NCBI GenBank assembly: GCA_963924565.1
Contig: OZ004607.1
Location: forward strand, 25,234,001 to 25,298,000
DNA length: 64,000 nt
Reading direction: 5' to 3'
Source of the DNA: Ascidiella aspersa
Lineage: Eukaryota
Shown: positions 38,939 through 51,673 of the stretch, one piece after another
Position numbering within the stretch: position 1 is the stretch's first letter
How the letters are laid out: each line of letters begins with the position of its first letter
Notes under the pieces: model-generated
The model's database searches: none
What the model was told of the DNA's origin: nothing
Seen by the model: the letters and a program-made list of their open reading frames with translations, nothing else
Program-made: the position numbers and the translations under genes

Positions 38939-40309
38939 TCTTAAACCATTAGAACGCTGAATGTCTACCAGGCAGTAGCCTATGTTGTTGTCTGGTGTTT
39001 GACATATAAGATCGCACAAGCAAACTGGAAAACAACAAATTAATATACAAGCGATATATTCTACCAGAAAAACGTTTTGTAGCATGTTCAAACGATTATT
39101 ATGTATTCAGCATATACCAACCGGCTTAAAGTAAGAACTAAATATACAGTGAACCGTCGGACTAAAAGTGTGACACACCTTGTTAGATTTCGGTTACCCA
39201 TCGTTATATCAGTTTAAGTTGACTGCGGCTGCCCACATGCTTAGCCAATACGCATTGTTAACGACGTGCGTGTACGTATGTACGTACGTACGCATTGTGC
39301 AATCGGTGGTGAAACAATGATGTGAATACGAGCTTAAAGCTTTCATGTGATCTAGAAAGACCGCGACAGGAAAGTTAATGCAGCTAAGCAATCGATTTAA
39401 ATCGGTTGAGTGCTACACCGTTAAAACAGGCACACTCAACTCGTAAATAGTTGCGCTGCTCTGCTGTGGTTAATATGTCTGTATAAGAAATGAGCCTATA
39501 GTCCGATGTTTACCTTACCAAATTAAGTTTGTATAAGTTTTTTTTACATTATTGAGTATTGTTTTAGCTACGATATAAAGCTTTCTGTTAAGTTATGTGA
39601 AGGTTGTTTAATATATTACAAAAAAGTCTTCTTTTTTTATGCAGCCTAATTACACTTTCTTTTGTCAGTCGTGTACTATCTTGGACAAATACCGCGAAAG
39701 CACCAAGAGTAAACTTTCGCTTTAGGCAACTTATTATATAAATCACAGGTTAACCAAAGTCTTAATTTGCACTTACAAATCTGTCAACTGATATAATGGT
39801 TGTAACTTTGCTCTATTAGTCGCAAGAATAAGGTCCTAAATTGTAGTGTAGTACAATTATGTTGTACTATAAGTATCTTACGAAGAAATCCCAGAAGAAA
39901 AATGGTGTTTCACGTAATGTAGCGCAAAGAATGACGATAACATAAGATGCGTTATTCAGTCACCCTAGTTTTTTTTTTTTCAGATAGACTGTGTTCGTGG
40001 ATTTTGAAATTCAGTCATGATATTTTTTGTTAAAAACTGATTTTTAGGCCTAAATTGGTCCACTTTTTAGAGGTATATGGCCACCTAATACACATTGGTG
40101 AAACACGCAGTGGCTGAACATGCACGCAGCGTACCCTCCCTCAAAGAAACAGCACAAGACTCCCACGGGACTAATCGATTGAGTTCAAACCGGAAGTGCG
40201 TAGTCTATAGTGCCTTGCTTGCTTTTTTAAAGCTGATTGTGCAAAATGTTATTTCAGCGTTTTATTTTTGCTATCCTAAAAGTATTTTTTTAGGTTCGCC
40301 ATATTTAAT

Positions 40310-41226
40310 TGCAAAAAAGATTGCGCCATAGTTTGGCATACATTTTCCAGGAAGCCAAGCTCGGTGCACGAACAAAGCAACCCTGGTGAAGCATTTTAGG
40401 ATTGAGAAAAAAGCAACAGCCTACTGAATAAAATACCTGACAAAACAAAACCAAACTGATTGGAAAAGCTAAAAAGTAAAGTTGAAATCTCCAAAAGAAA
40501 TATACTTGAATTCAACGTGGTAAATTTACTTCCTTGATTGCGGGTCTTCTATGATATTGTCAACGAAAACTCGGTGGTTTGCCTTCCGATAATTGTGTCA
40601 AACGTGGTCAAAGCTATGTTCGACGAAACCGAATTCGGCAACACCAGCACCACCGCGACCCCCAGCGGTAACAGTATAATAGTAGTCGGGGCGATAAGTG
40701 GCGCTGCTGTGCTGTTGCTAATTCTGGCTTCTGGATTGGCTGTGTATTTCTTTCAAGCAAAACGAACCGAAAGGCGTCTGAGGCAAGCGGGTGTGAGGCG
40801 ATCGAACTATTACCGCAACAACGCCGCAAGCATGCGGGAAATCGCTGAACACAACAGATCACAAACCGTCGACGATGACCCGGCGTCGCCCGAATCTTTG
40901 AATTCATGTGAGTAAGCTTGAATAAATACCAGCAACAGCATGCAAAAATAAAATGATAAAATAAAGTGTGCGAGGCATAAAGAGAAAAGCTGGTAAACGT
41001 TTACGTTTTGAACAGCACAGTATTATCTGTCTTATGATATTTTAAGGCAACCTATCATCATTAAAAGTTTCTTATTCCTATTTTGTTAGAAATTCACAGT
41101 TGCAAATCTTACAGTGTTAAACAAATATTAAGTTTAAACATTTGATATTTATTTTTGACTTCGCAGAACCGCTATTAACATTTTACCAGGAAAAGAAGAA
41201 TGCCGACTGAAAGATCATTTTCGGTG
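40310..41226 (+). pseudogene. Probable decayed paralogue of the CTLD-TM receptor genes (stalk, TM and tail open; lectin domain disrupted)
   Basis: ORF 40538-40915 has a Thr/Ser stalk (GNTSTTATPSG), a TM (IIVVGAISGAAVLLLILASGLAVYFF) and a basic tail like its neighbours. Upstream, TTC CAG GAA GCC AA GCT CGG TGC ACG AAC AAA GCA ACC CTG GTG reads FQEA-(frameshift)-RCTNKATLV, and TAC TGA ATA sits where YWI/YWV is expected. A possible last exon starts at 41167. Confidence 0.55.
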
Positions 41227-41419
41227 AATTCTCCGCAGGCCGGCTTGTGAATATTTTTTTGTTATTAGCTGCGCGATACACGTTACATTTAGCTTTGCAC
41301 TATTTCGTTATTTCACTAAATAAAAGCTGACGAAACAAAATTGCATGTTCTGCTATGTTCAACGTTTGATAACAAAATCCTAATCTATGAAACTTAAACT
41401 TTAATTAAAGTGAAATAAT

Positions 41420-41520
41420 AAAAAATATTATTAAAACAATATTTATTTTTTTAAATATTAATAAAAATAATATTTATTTATTAATAAAAATAATATTTAT
41501 TTATTAATAAAATAATATTT
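41420..41520. repeat. AT-only minisatellite (~22-bp unit TTATTAATAAAAATAATATTTA)
   Basis: Three to four tandem near-identical units read directly. Confidence 0.75.
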
Positions 41521-44500
41521 TTTTTTTTTTAAATAATTTGAAAATATATTAGTAACTTTACCCTAATTTCCGTTTTGTTAACCACCAATTTTTGCGGTTT
41601 ACAGAATTATAAACGAGCAGTAATGAGAAAGCTGGGCGATGCCTGTATTAAAGCTGAGTGATGCCGCAAGTAAAAAGTTTTGCAGAAATTCATGTGAGAA
41701 ATTAGATTCCACAGTGGCACTTGAAGCGAGACTATTAAAGTTTTGCATTGTGTAGATTAAACTTATATCGAATTTCAAGCCATGCTTTCCTAGAACAGTG
41801 TATCATATACGTAGCCACATAAACATTTATAAAACCATTTGAACAACAAAAGCCTCTTAAAGTGCCAACAAATGGCACGGCAAAATCTTAAATGCACAAA
41901 CGACAGCAAAACAACCTACTTTTCGTGGCATTTAAGAAGATAAATTTTCGGAAAAGATTACGGCTAGCATTACTATTTCCACTTAAGATAATGTTTAACA
42001 TTTGATTTACCCTGCATACACCGTGCGTTATTTTGACTGAGATCATTTGTTTTACAAAATGAATCCAGACGCACTGATACATGGGATGGATAGAAACCGA
42101 CAACATTCCAGTGAAATGTTTTGCGCGAATAAAATGTCGTGTACCGGGAACATTCACTAAAATATGAACGAGTTTCGACAACCGGATCTGAGGCAAAATA
42201 GCAACGCGTTTCACGCAAGCTGATGTTAACTCGCTATATATAAAGTTGCTAAGTCAGATATTTGCATAAGCGTGTATGTACTTTGGTTTAACGAGTTCAC
42301 TGTGGTCGATTTAGAAGTACATCTTTGCGAAGTACTAAAGCGGCAGCAAAGTGCCTTAAGAAATAAACTATTATTACGTTACAAACACAGATACAGAAGC
42401 TTTCGATCTAGGTAGAGTATAGTGAGCAATTCTAAACCTTTTTATATCCACAAAAAATGACATAATTACTAACGTTAAAGTCATATTACCACAATTTTCA
42501 TGTAAAAACCTCGGTTGTGTTCTTGGGTAATGTGAGTGAGAGTAAGTCTGTGGAATTTTGCCTTTACCTATATAAGTGGTAACTATGTCGTATTACAGCG
42601 CTGTTAGAACAATTAAGAAGTTACATATACGAGTCATACATGCACAACCGAACACTCCAATTGACTCATCAAACCATGCGTCCTCTTATTGGAGGGTAGG
42701 GTGTGTGGTATTTTACTAAAGTTTTATTGTGGTGAATGTTGGCAGTGCTGGATAAACAAAATTACAATGGGCGACATTGTAAGAACTAAATAATTACGCA
42801 GGTAAATTACTTCGCGATTTTGAGCTTAAAACAGAACCAGCATTTAAAGTTTAGCAATATGGTCTTGATTCAGGGTTTCTCAACAGGGGGACATGAGCCC
42901 TAAGGACCCATAGTAACCCAATTAAGAGTTACCAAAACTTTTAATTTAAAAGGTTTAAAATGTCACTTGTGCTGAGCGGCGATAACTTTCCTGCTGTACA
43001 AAAAACGCCGACTCTCTATTTAGTTGCTGGTCAATGGATCAAGTAGCATAAGGGACTGCTTCGCTTTTTTTGTTTTAATGCCTTTTACTCTTACCTGATG
43101 ACGTTTATAACCTGATGGGTTTTATAGCTTTCCATCGACAAAAACGTGTTGAAAAGCCGTGGTATGAATATAATATTGATGAATACAAAACAACACTTAG
43201 TAAATCATATTTTGCATTGTTCGTGCCTCACTCTGAACATTACATCGGCTGCAAACAAATGGTATCGTTTTTGCTGCTTGTGTTTCATGCTGTATATAAC
43301 ACAATTATAAGCCGACACAAACGGTATCCACCGGAAATTACGCTTAATGAGGGTTATAGCAGCCGGTGCGCCGCTAGAGCAAAAAACAACACATCATTGT
43401 TGTAAGAACAAGCTAAAGCGCGTTTGATAGAATAACTACGTATAGACAAATGTGAAATCTCAATGCGTTGAGCGTAATTTTTCTTCGGAAGTGTTTGTCG
43501 CAAAAGAAAATTGTTACACTGAAATATTATGGCTTGATAAAACTTGACATGTCGGTGTTCGCAACGGCAGTAATGAGGCCGCTGACATCACACTGCATGA
43601 TGACGTGTCGCTTTAGGGAGGTCACAGTGTATAGTGAATAATAGGCGAAAGTATACGTTCACCAACAATGGCACGGGTGCTAACTAATATCGCGAAAAAG
43701 CGGCGGATGTACGAAGCTAATAAACCTGTGTGATATGTGAGCCATCTGCATAATAACTGTCATGTCAGTCCTTACACAACTGCATAGCATACGGCAAGTT
43801 AAGACAGGATGGGCGCAATGTGCTTTAAGTCTATTGACAGCTTAATACGGAACAATAGATCACCTCAGCTTACTCTCCTTTTAATTCAAATGTTCGCTAA
43901 AAATAGTTCCAGTAAAGAAGTTAACCAAGTTTATGAATATTTTTTGTAAAAAATTAGGTTTCCTATTAGTAAGAGATACGAAGTTAACAAAGGACTACAG
44001 TTTTGTATATGGTCTGGATTAGCAAAATTTCACATGAACAGCAAGACATATTTTATATGTGGCTTGAGATGTTAACTGTTTGTCTGGAATGGTGTGGTTA
44101 GTAATAACAATAGGCAGTTGCTCTTAAGTAATGTTGAACACTTGATACCTAATTTCGATAGCCAATCATGTGGGCGAAAAGTACGGCCGTCTGATGTAAT
44201 ACTAAATGACGTAATTACTCGGACAAAATACTCCTAATCAAACTTAATAATTTGAAACATACGAATGAAATGTTTTTAGGTTGTCAAACCAAAATTTGCT
44301 TTTGTGTTAAAAAAGGAAACAGACTTATTTGGTTTTGGATCGGCACGGATACCACCTTAGCATCAGACGTATTGCCTATGATTCGATGTTTTTGAAAAAT
44401 ACAAATCAGTAATTTAAAAGTACACCACCGGGTTATAGTTTTGCACTAACCCATTTGCACAAGTTGACATAAGTATATGTAAAAGTGATTTTCTGTTTAC

Positions 44501-45161
44501 ACAAAGTATGACTATATAAAAAAGTGTTGTATGCAAACACGTTGTTGGCCCATTGTTTGATTAGCTTGTCTAAAGTGCTTCTGTTAGATACCAATTTATT
44601 ACGTTATTTGTAGACGAATTTCTTAACCTTATTGGTAAAAATGCGATACAAGCATTTGCAAAAATGTTTACCTTTAAAGGAATTATAATTCAGAAAAAAC
44701 TGGTTACACATATAGGGACCAGGAGTTTAAGGGAAATGTCACCGTTTTACTCTTAAGAAAACGTCATGGAATCCTATTAGTCATACCCCGTATTGTAGCA
44801 AGAGTTATTTTTGTGTTTTGCTCGTGCGCTAAATCAACTGCTTAAATCATGTCAACGCGTCAGTGGCAGTCGCTTGGTAATGCTACAGTTTTAAGTGCTT
44901 TTTTTCTTAATTTTTCAAAAGCGTTTAGAGTGATTATTTTTAAATGTCAAATCCATTTTTATTTAACAAAGAAATTCGGCACAGGCTAACCGCGTGTTTC
45001 TGAGCTATGTAAACAAGTATGCCGTCTGTTATGATACTGTAAACGGTACATTTGATGTTCACTAAACGAGTAATTTATCCGTATTGCACAAATACATTAT
45101 AAATATATTTTGTTTTTGAGCTTAAAAGCATAAAACAGAGTGCTAAGGAAAAAGCTAAAGA

Positions 45162-46995
45162 ATGTCTTGCAACGTAGTTTGCCGACTAAACGGATTTGAC
45201 TATCTTTTTAAAGAAGATAATTTTAAACAGTACAGAGATGCCGAAAACGAATGCAAGAAAACTGCTGGAGGGGACATTACCCTTGTTAACAACAAGCAGA
45301 TTGAAGAAAAACTCCAAGAATGTTGCACTTTAAACAGAGATTACTGGGTAAAAACAAGCACAACAACAACAAATAACTGCTACCGCTTGCAAATAACATC
45401 GACGGCTACATCGACATCATTAGATGACTGCAATTTTTCGAGACGATATATATGCCAGGTTCCTTACATTGAAACCACACTCGCTGCTACAACCGGTACA
45501 ACAACCGCACTCTCAACTACAGTACCCGGGACAAATGCAACTGTTGGTATCACAACTTCCGGAACGTCAATCGAGACACTCACTGACGCTACGGCCATGA
45601 ACGCCGGCGCCGTTATGGGGGCGATCTTCGCCGTCCTACTCTTGATTACGCTGGTCTTGGTGATATATCATTATCGCGTCCGTCGACTGACCAGACAGGA
45701 TTTCACAAAATCTGGAATGAAGACATGCGTCGTCGGCTGTTGCCCATCTCGAAAGAAAACCAAACCCGCGGATCTAAATCAGACTACTCCACAAGAAGAC
45801 CATGGATATTACAGGTGCGTGGGTTATGGTAAGGGAAAGACAAAATATAAGAGACTCCAGCAATAAGGTTTAAATATGGTTGAGATCAACGTCAGAATAA
45901 ACACTTTAAAATAAGACTAAACACCTAAGTCAGAGTAAGACCTTCATCGGAATAAGACCTAAACTGCCATAACAAGGCTTCAAACAATAGCACTACTATC
46001 TTTTGAAGCACACAACCCATTGTCCACTCAAACCCTAATCAAGAGAAAATAGTTCAGCGGCGTTGTGTTTAGTCCACCGCAACTAGAAAATAAAGTATAA
46101 ATGTTAGTAGGTTAGAGAAGTGACTCTAAATATATACAAACCCTTGCCAAAATCTCGCTACACCATTAGCAAAATGCTTCAGCTAACATTACGCACACCG
46201 TTCTAGTTCATGTCATTATTATAACAAGTCAATTCCAAGTCAAGTCAAAGACATAAAAACAAAAACGTTAAAATATTAAAATTAAAATTGGTAGGCCTGT
46301 CCGATTGTGATATTCAACTAAACTAAAAAGTAGCAATACTGCAACATGACAAGCAATATTTTTTTTTATTTTGTAAAACATATTTAAATGAAAATACTTA
46401 ATTTCAACCCAAGTAAAGTGATTTTGCCTGAAGACTCTATCAAGTCGTTTGAAAAAAGGACTTAAATGTACTCAAGTCATTACAGCACTGCGGCATTCAT
46501 TAGCCGGATTAGAGTATTAAAACATTGTCCCTGTTTGTTTAGTTAAATCAAAAAACCTTTATATTGTTGTATTGCAGTATTCAACTTCACGAAACCAATC
46601 AGGTGGCCAACTCGGAATACAGTTTCATTACCGACGTTGCAAGTAGGCCCCAATCCTTAAATCAGACACCGGACTTGGCGTCAAGTCGTCGCATTACCTC
46701 GCCTCCTCCACCGCCTCCACCGGCTGGAGCCCTTCTTCAACTAAGCGCCCCCTACGAGAACCTAAATGGCAATGAAGGCCAGCGTACGAGCGTTGACCTT
46801 AACTTCAGCAGTTCTTTCCCTCTGTCAACCGTACAGCAACCAGAAATTGGATCGGGGGTGACATATACGACGTTGCTTGGCGCGGCGGACGACGAAAGCG
46901 CAGAGGGAAGTGGAGTGTCCTATTCAACAATAACCAGGGTTATGAACCAGCCCCCTGCGGACGAGTACGCAACTGTGAATAAAGTAAGACGATGA
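45162..46995 (+). CDS. C-type-lectin-like domain, mucin stalk, single TM, multi-tyrosine (ITIM-bearing) receptor; exons 45162-45814 and 46578-46995
   Basis: CTLD pattern YLF..KQYRDAENEC..GGDITLV..YWV..NC..DDCNFSRRYICQ; Thr-rich stalk; TM AVMGAIFAVLLLITLVLVIYHY. A phase-2 GT-AG intron joins GYYS|IQ. The tail contains SEYSFI, a poly-Pro run, PYENL, VTYTTL, VSYSTI and EYATV. Confidence 0.85.
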
Positions 46996-48165
46996 CGCAC
47001 AAGCCAACAGAGTTTGAAACGTCGCGTAGCTCGTACAAGGAAGTAGGAAACAGCAATCAAGGGATTTCCAACTGCGTGATTGATTTTGTAAATTGTTTGC
47101 TCAGAGTCGGTGGTGCTCTAAAGCAGTGTTTCTTAGACGTTTTTTAGTTATAGTTTCGTTTACCCCGACCAAAATTCTGCATTTCATTCACAACAAATAT
47201 GACTGTAATATCTATATATAACGATGTTTTATAAGAACGCGTACACATGGGAGTACGCAAATAAAATTTCGGTCCACGAGCAGGTTCATTTTACTGGCAC
47301 CTTGATGATTGTCTGTATAACATTGATTTAAACAAATCGTTGCTAACGTTTTTGTAACGGGCGAAAAAAGTTTAAGCTTACTTACTGCAGCGTTTAAACG
47401 ACCTCGCTGCCCATGCCTATGACTTCCAGCTGGACATTAGCATAACTACTGTTATTTATATTAGAATGTTAATATAAATATAAATCTTTTCACCGCCACC
47501 AACGTTTTGTTTTGACAATATTTTCTCTCCCTTGGAAGTCTTTATGGTTTGACAGTAAGAAAAATAACATTGCTTTGCATGATCAAGTCGTTATAAAAGT
47601 AACCTTTAGAAATGTTCAAGTGAAACTGTTCAAATACATATAAGCATTCACGCGAGTCGTGAAAAAATAACAATCGATTGGTTGATTTTAACAACGTTTA
47701 ATTTAGAGGAGACGTGACACCTTAAAGCACACAGTTTATTGAATTTATAAATATGATTTTAGACAAGGGAACTTTAATGTTCTTATTTTGTCCTTCGCGC
47801 CCTCCTTGCTAACCCTTCACAACCCCCCTATACCTCCCCACTCCCCAGGGGTGCGTTTATCCACACAAAATTTGTCAGAGTTTACAAAATATTGCGTTTA
47901 CGTTGTACGCCATTTGGTACCGGGATTACGTGTTTGTCTTAAATGTCACACAAGTCGAACAAATAATGCTCCCAGGCGGGTCATATCCTCAACATACTTT
48001 GATTATGCACCAGGAAACTTACTCGAATATCACACAATAAACCTTCCCAAGAATAATTTGATACCAATTTAGACCAAACCTTTATGGTTTCTTATAATGT
48101 GTTTAACCACGCAAAATTTAGATAGATCTCGCAAAGTTTCGCGTTTATTATGCAGTACTTCAAAC

Positions 48166-48330
48166 AATAGTAAGCAATATAAATCAAAAACAGCTCCTCT
48201 GGTAATTGTAATTGTTAACCAACGTTTCGGCAACCTATACAAGCCGCCTTCGTCAGGGTGAATCGGATTCAGGAGCTGTTTTTGATTTATATTACCATGC
48301 CTGGTAGCAACAGTTTAAATAGTAAGCAAT
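48166..48330 (-). mobile_element. Short truncated Penelope-like retroelement insertion (pLTR remnant)
   Basis: 13-bp direct repeat AATAGTAAGCAAT at 48166-48178 and 48318-48330. Perfect 23-bp inverted repeat at 48176-48198 and 48271-48293 encloses the hammerhead. Confidence 0.72.
48218..48259 (-). ncRNA. Minimal type-I hammerhead ribozyme motif (Penelope-like-element type)
   Basis: Minus strand reads ACC-CUGACGA-A-GGCGGC-UUGUAUAG-GUUGCC-GAAA-C-GUU-GGU. This gives both core boxes (CUGANGA and GAAA), stem II GGCGGC/GUUGCC, a palindromic AACGUU stem III, cleavage triplet GUU and a 3-bp stem I ACC/GGU. Confidence 0.8.
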
Positions 48331-48425
48331 GTTTGTTTTTAAAGGGAATTCTTCGTACGTTTGACGCCGTTTGGTACCGGGATTAAGCATTTGCTTGAAT
48401 GTCACGCTATCGCCCGCAGAAAATT

Positions 48426-49674
48426 AGGGGCGCCTGCAGAAAATTTTCCAGGGGGGAGAAATCAGGGGCGTAACCAGAAAATCAAAAAGGAGGGTCATGA
48501 ATTTTCAACTTAGGGAATTCCCCTATTCTTCGTATAACGTTAATGAATAATGACGTTATAAAACAGTGACAGTATGACGTCATAGAATGGTGATTGCAAG
48601 ACGTCATAAGAAAACTAATCAGAAACAGCCAAATACGATCAGCAAAAGCGACCACGTGCGTCGTTAACAATCCTGTCAGGCGCCAGCTGCGAAACCACAG
48701 TGTGCAATCGTTAACTTCAGGCGAAAAAATAAACCAAGACCGTGAAATATATGTGATTAATTGTGGTAATATCATACATAATTCGACTATCAGCAGCGCA
48801 GTTTTCAAGTTCCATGAACGGAACTAGCGCTAAATTACAAGCACGCCTTTCACCACGTGCAATACTAAACGAAGATCGGTTTTCCCAGGTGTTATCATGT
48901 CACGTTTAGCGCAACAATTGCGCCGAGCTGTGTGCCAAGTCAGCTAAATTACAAGCTGTGGTTGAGGGGAAAAAAGTTGTGTCCATTGCACACTTAGCAC
49001 GTGGTCTCAAAATATGCTTAAAGAGCATAATTTTGCGTTAACCATCATTACATAAAAGTGAATACTTTGGAACGCGCACGACAGTCTCCATTATACCTCC
49101 TTTTAAGAATCTGCTTCAGTTGAACAAATGTCGATGTTACACCAACATCGGATATTAGCGCAGAGACCGAACAGCGAGGAACATCAACATACTGCGCCTA
49201 ATTTGACGTTTTTTAGCAAGAAAAAAGAAAGAAGGTTTGACTTAGCGTTGTCAGTTGTCGAATACACCCTTGCTTATTAGTCAACCTAAACAAATAACGA
49301 AGAGAAAAACTATCCAGGGTTTACGGTCGACCAAACAAAAGACAAAAAACGGCGTTTTGCGCTCGATTTTGGTTTCGCATTAGATTAAGTTGCGTGACCC
49401 ATTTACTTAAAAAGCACGCCGCTTCTAGCAGTTTGTTAAACCATGACAAAAACGAACAAAAAACGATAATATAATTTACAAAAATAGCGGGTAATAACTC
49501 CCGGCCCCCTGAATACGCCACTGGGGCGATGGATAATGGATAATATTTTTAAACTTCATAAGTGATACATATTACACTTAATACTAATAAACAAATAATA
49601 CTAAGAATCGCATTTTGAAATTCCAGGGGGGGGGGGGCAAGTGCCCCCCTTGCCCCTCCGTGCGGGCGCCCATG
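48426..49674. mobile_element. Nested MITEs: outer GGGCGCC(C/T)GCA-ended element interrupted by an inner element at 48463-49523
   Basis: Outer ends GGGGCGCCTGCAGAAAATTTTCCAGGGGGG and CCGTGCGGGCGCCCATG. Inner TIR CAGGGGCGTA / TACGCCACTG. Confidence 0.65.
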
Positions 49675-50452
49675 CCCCTAGGGGTGAATTGATAGCAAGG
49701 GGGTACAAACTAAAAATTATTTATTTATTAACAAATTGTTTGAACGAATATTTATTTTTAACTACATTTTCGTCGTAACTGACACTCATTATTTTATTCC
49801 TACCACTTAAGCTTAATCTTTTCTTCTCAGTGGTATTAATATTATATTGCCGTTTTTTCTATTAAGTTACAGTAACCCGAATGTGGCAGTATACACTGTA
49901 GCTATAGTCTTGTTAAGCAACCAACTTTTACTATATGAAGGTAATTTTTTTCGCGCTGTGCGTGAAAGTTTTTAACGATTTAGGAAGTTTGAAATAAACA
50001 TTTTCAGCTCTTAGGCGCCGTGCACGCTATATAGTATATGTTTTGCTGTGTGAAATAATTTATTCTAGAATGCCAATGAACTATTAAACAATCTGCAACT
50101 CACCTTAACACAGTTCGTAATCGTGACACTGTAAACAACTGTTTGTGTTCAACACGCTAATTTACTTAGAACAATTTAATAAATAGACATATAACATTTG
50201 CGAAAAACTTTTTCAATCATGTAATAAAAACAGACAGCATTATAATTTTGGGCATTGCCTTGTGTTCCATAAAGATCAAGACGGTGGCTTCCTGAAAGCT
50301 GAAAATATACAACATAGGTTGGATAAATAAAAAAATATATTGTGAAACAGTTGAAATATTCACTATGCAGTGTGCACTGGCCTAACCTGTATGCTTTTTG
50401 TCAGTCGTCTACCTCAGCTGTGATCTAGTGTACACTTGGGTAGCCTATACAG

Positions 50453-50694
50453 CAGTGGTGAGCAAACTTATTCTAGTATGGTGCCAAAACCACACAAGAA
50501 AAGTCTTCGCGGGACGTTAAATTTAACTGGTAATTATATTGTGAAAATGTATAACTTTTATCCTTAAACACGCTAAAAGCTTAAACACCATATTAGCGAG
50601 ACGTCGAAATATTTTCGCGTACATGTAGTCAAAATAGCCTAATAATATGAAAAATGGCCTCCTTCTCGGTTTATACGTTTATTGCCCACCACCG
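50453..50694. mobile_element. Old hAT-type MITE
   Basis: Ends CAGTGGTGAGCAA and TTGCCCACCACCG; degenerate TSD CTATACAG/GTATGCAG. Confidence 0.5.
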
Positions 50695-51673
50695 GTATGC
50701 AGTATATTCGGTTGAAGAGTACTTGTTTAGACTAATTGTGCCAAGGGACGTGGCCCAAATGTTTTAAGAGCCCCTGGTTTAAATAAAATTTTATATTTTG
50801 CACACACCTGACAATAGCAATAACGGTAAAAAGCTTTTAATAAAAACCATTATTTGTAATATTGAATCACTCTGTACATAACAGGAAACTGTTCACTGTT
50901 GCTCGTTAGGGCTTACTAACGCATATCGTGACAAGGAAATAAAAAGTGCCAAAGTGAAAGCTTAGGCCAGGTTTTGCAAATTTGCTTGTTTTAATGCAAC
51001 TTGCAGTACAATTTGATAAAAATAGCATGGATAGACGACTAGACGTTGATTAAAAATGTTATACTGACAATGCTGCATAGTAATTTTTATACGTAAGACT
51101 TAGGTAATGTACCTTACCCGTATAGTGGTTAGAGTAAACTCGTTAGACAGGCTATATAGCTCAGCTTAGCTACCATTTGTTTAATTGCAACTATAGTTTA
51201 GGCAAAACTAAAGTTGACCATATATATGTCATCGTATAACAGATATCACATAAAATGTCAGAATAAGTTAAATCATTCACCGCGTCACTTTACTTACGTA
51301 TTGCGTTTTGACCTTCAGCGTATTGCGCTTTTCATCTTGTGTGTCACATTGCCAAAATGTGAATATCCGACTTTCTAAACATACACTTGCACGGCCGACG
51401 TCCCTGTATGGCGACTGTTTTCTGATTTGTCAACAAAATGATTCTATTTCTTGGTCCGGATTTACAAAATTAATATAGTCGTGGTCGAGTATTAAACATG
51501 GTACTCGTGCGGAGTTTGAGTAGCGTACTCATGTTAAATACGTGTGCAGTTGTATTTACACAAAATTCGTCAATGTTAAGTTTGGGGAAGAAAAATGCTT
51601 CAAATGTTATGTGTTGATTAGGCCTGGAACCGAGCAAATATTTCGTCTTGTTTGTTAAACTAAATTTTATGAA

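Noticed and set aside
41888-42218. Two overlapping minus-strand ORFs (108 and 81 aa)
   Set aside because: Non-ATG starts, no recognisable domain and no convincing splice chain. A degraded fragment cannot be excluded.
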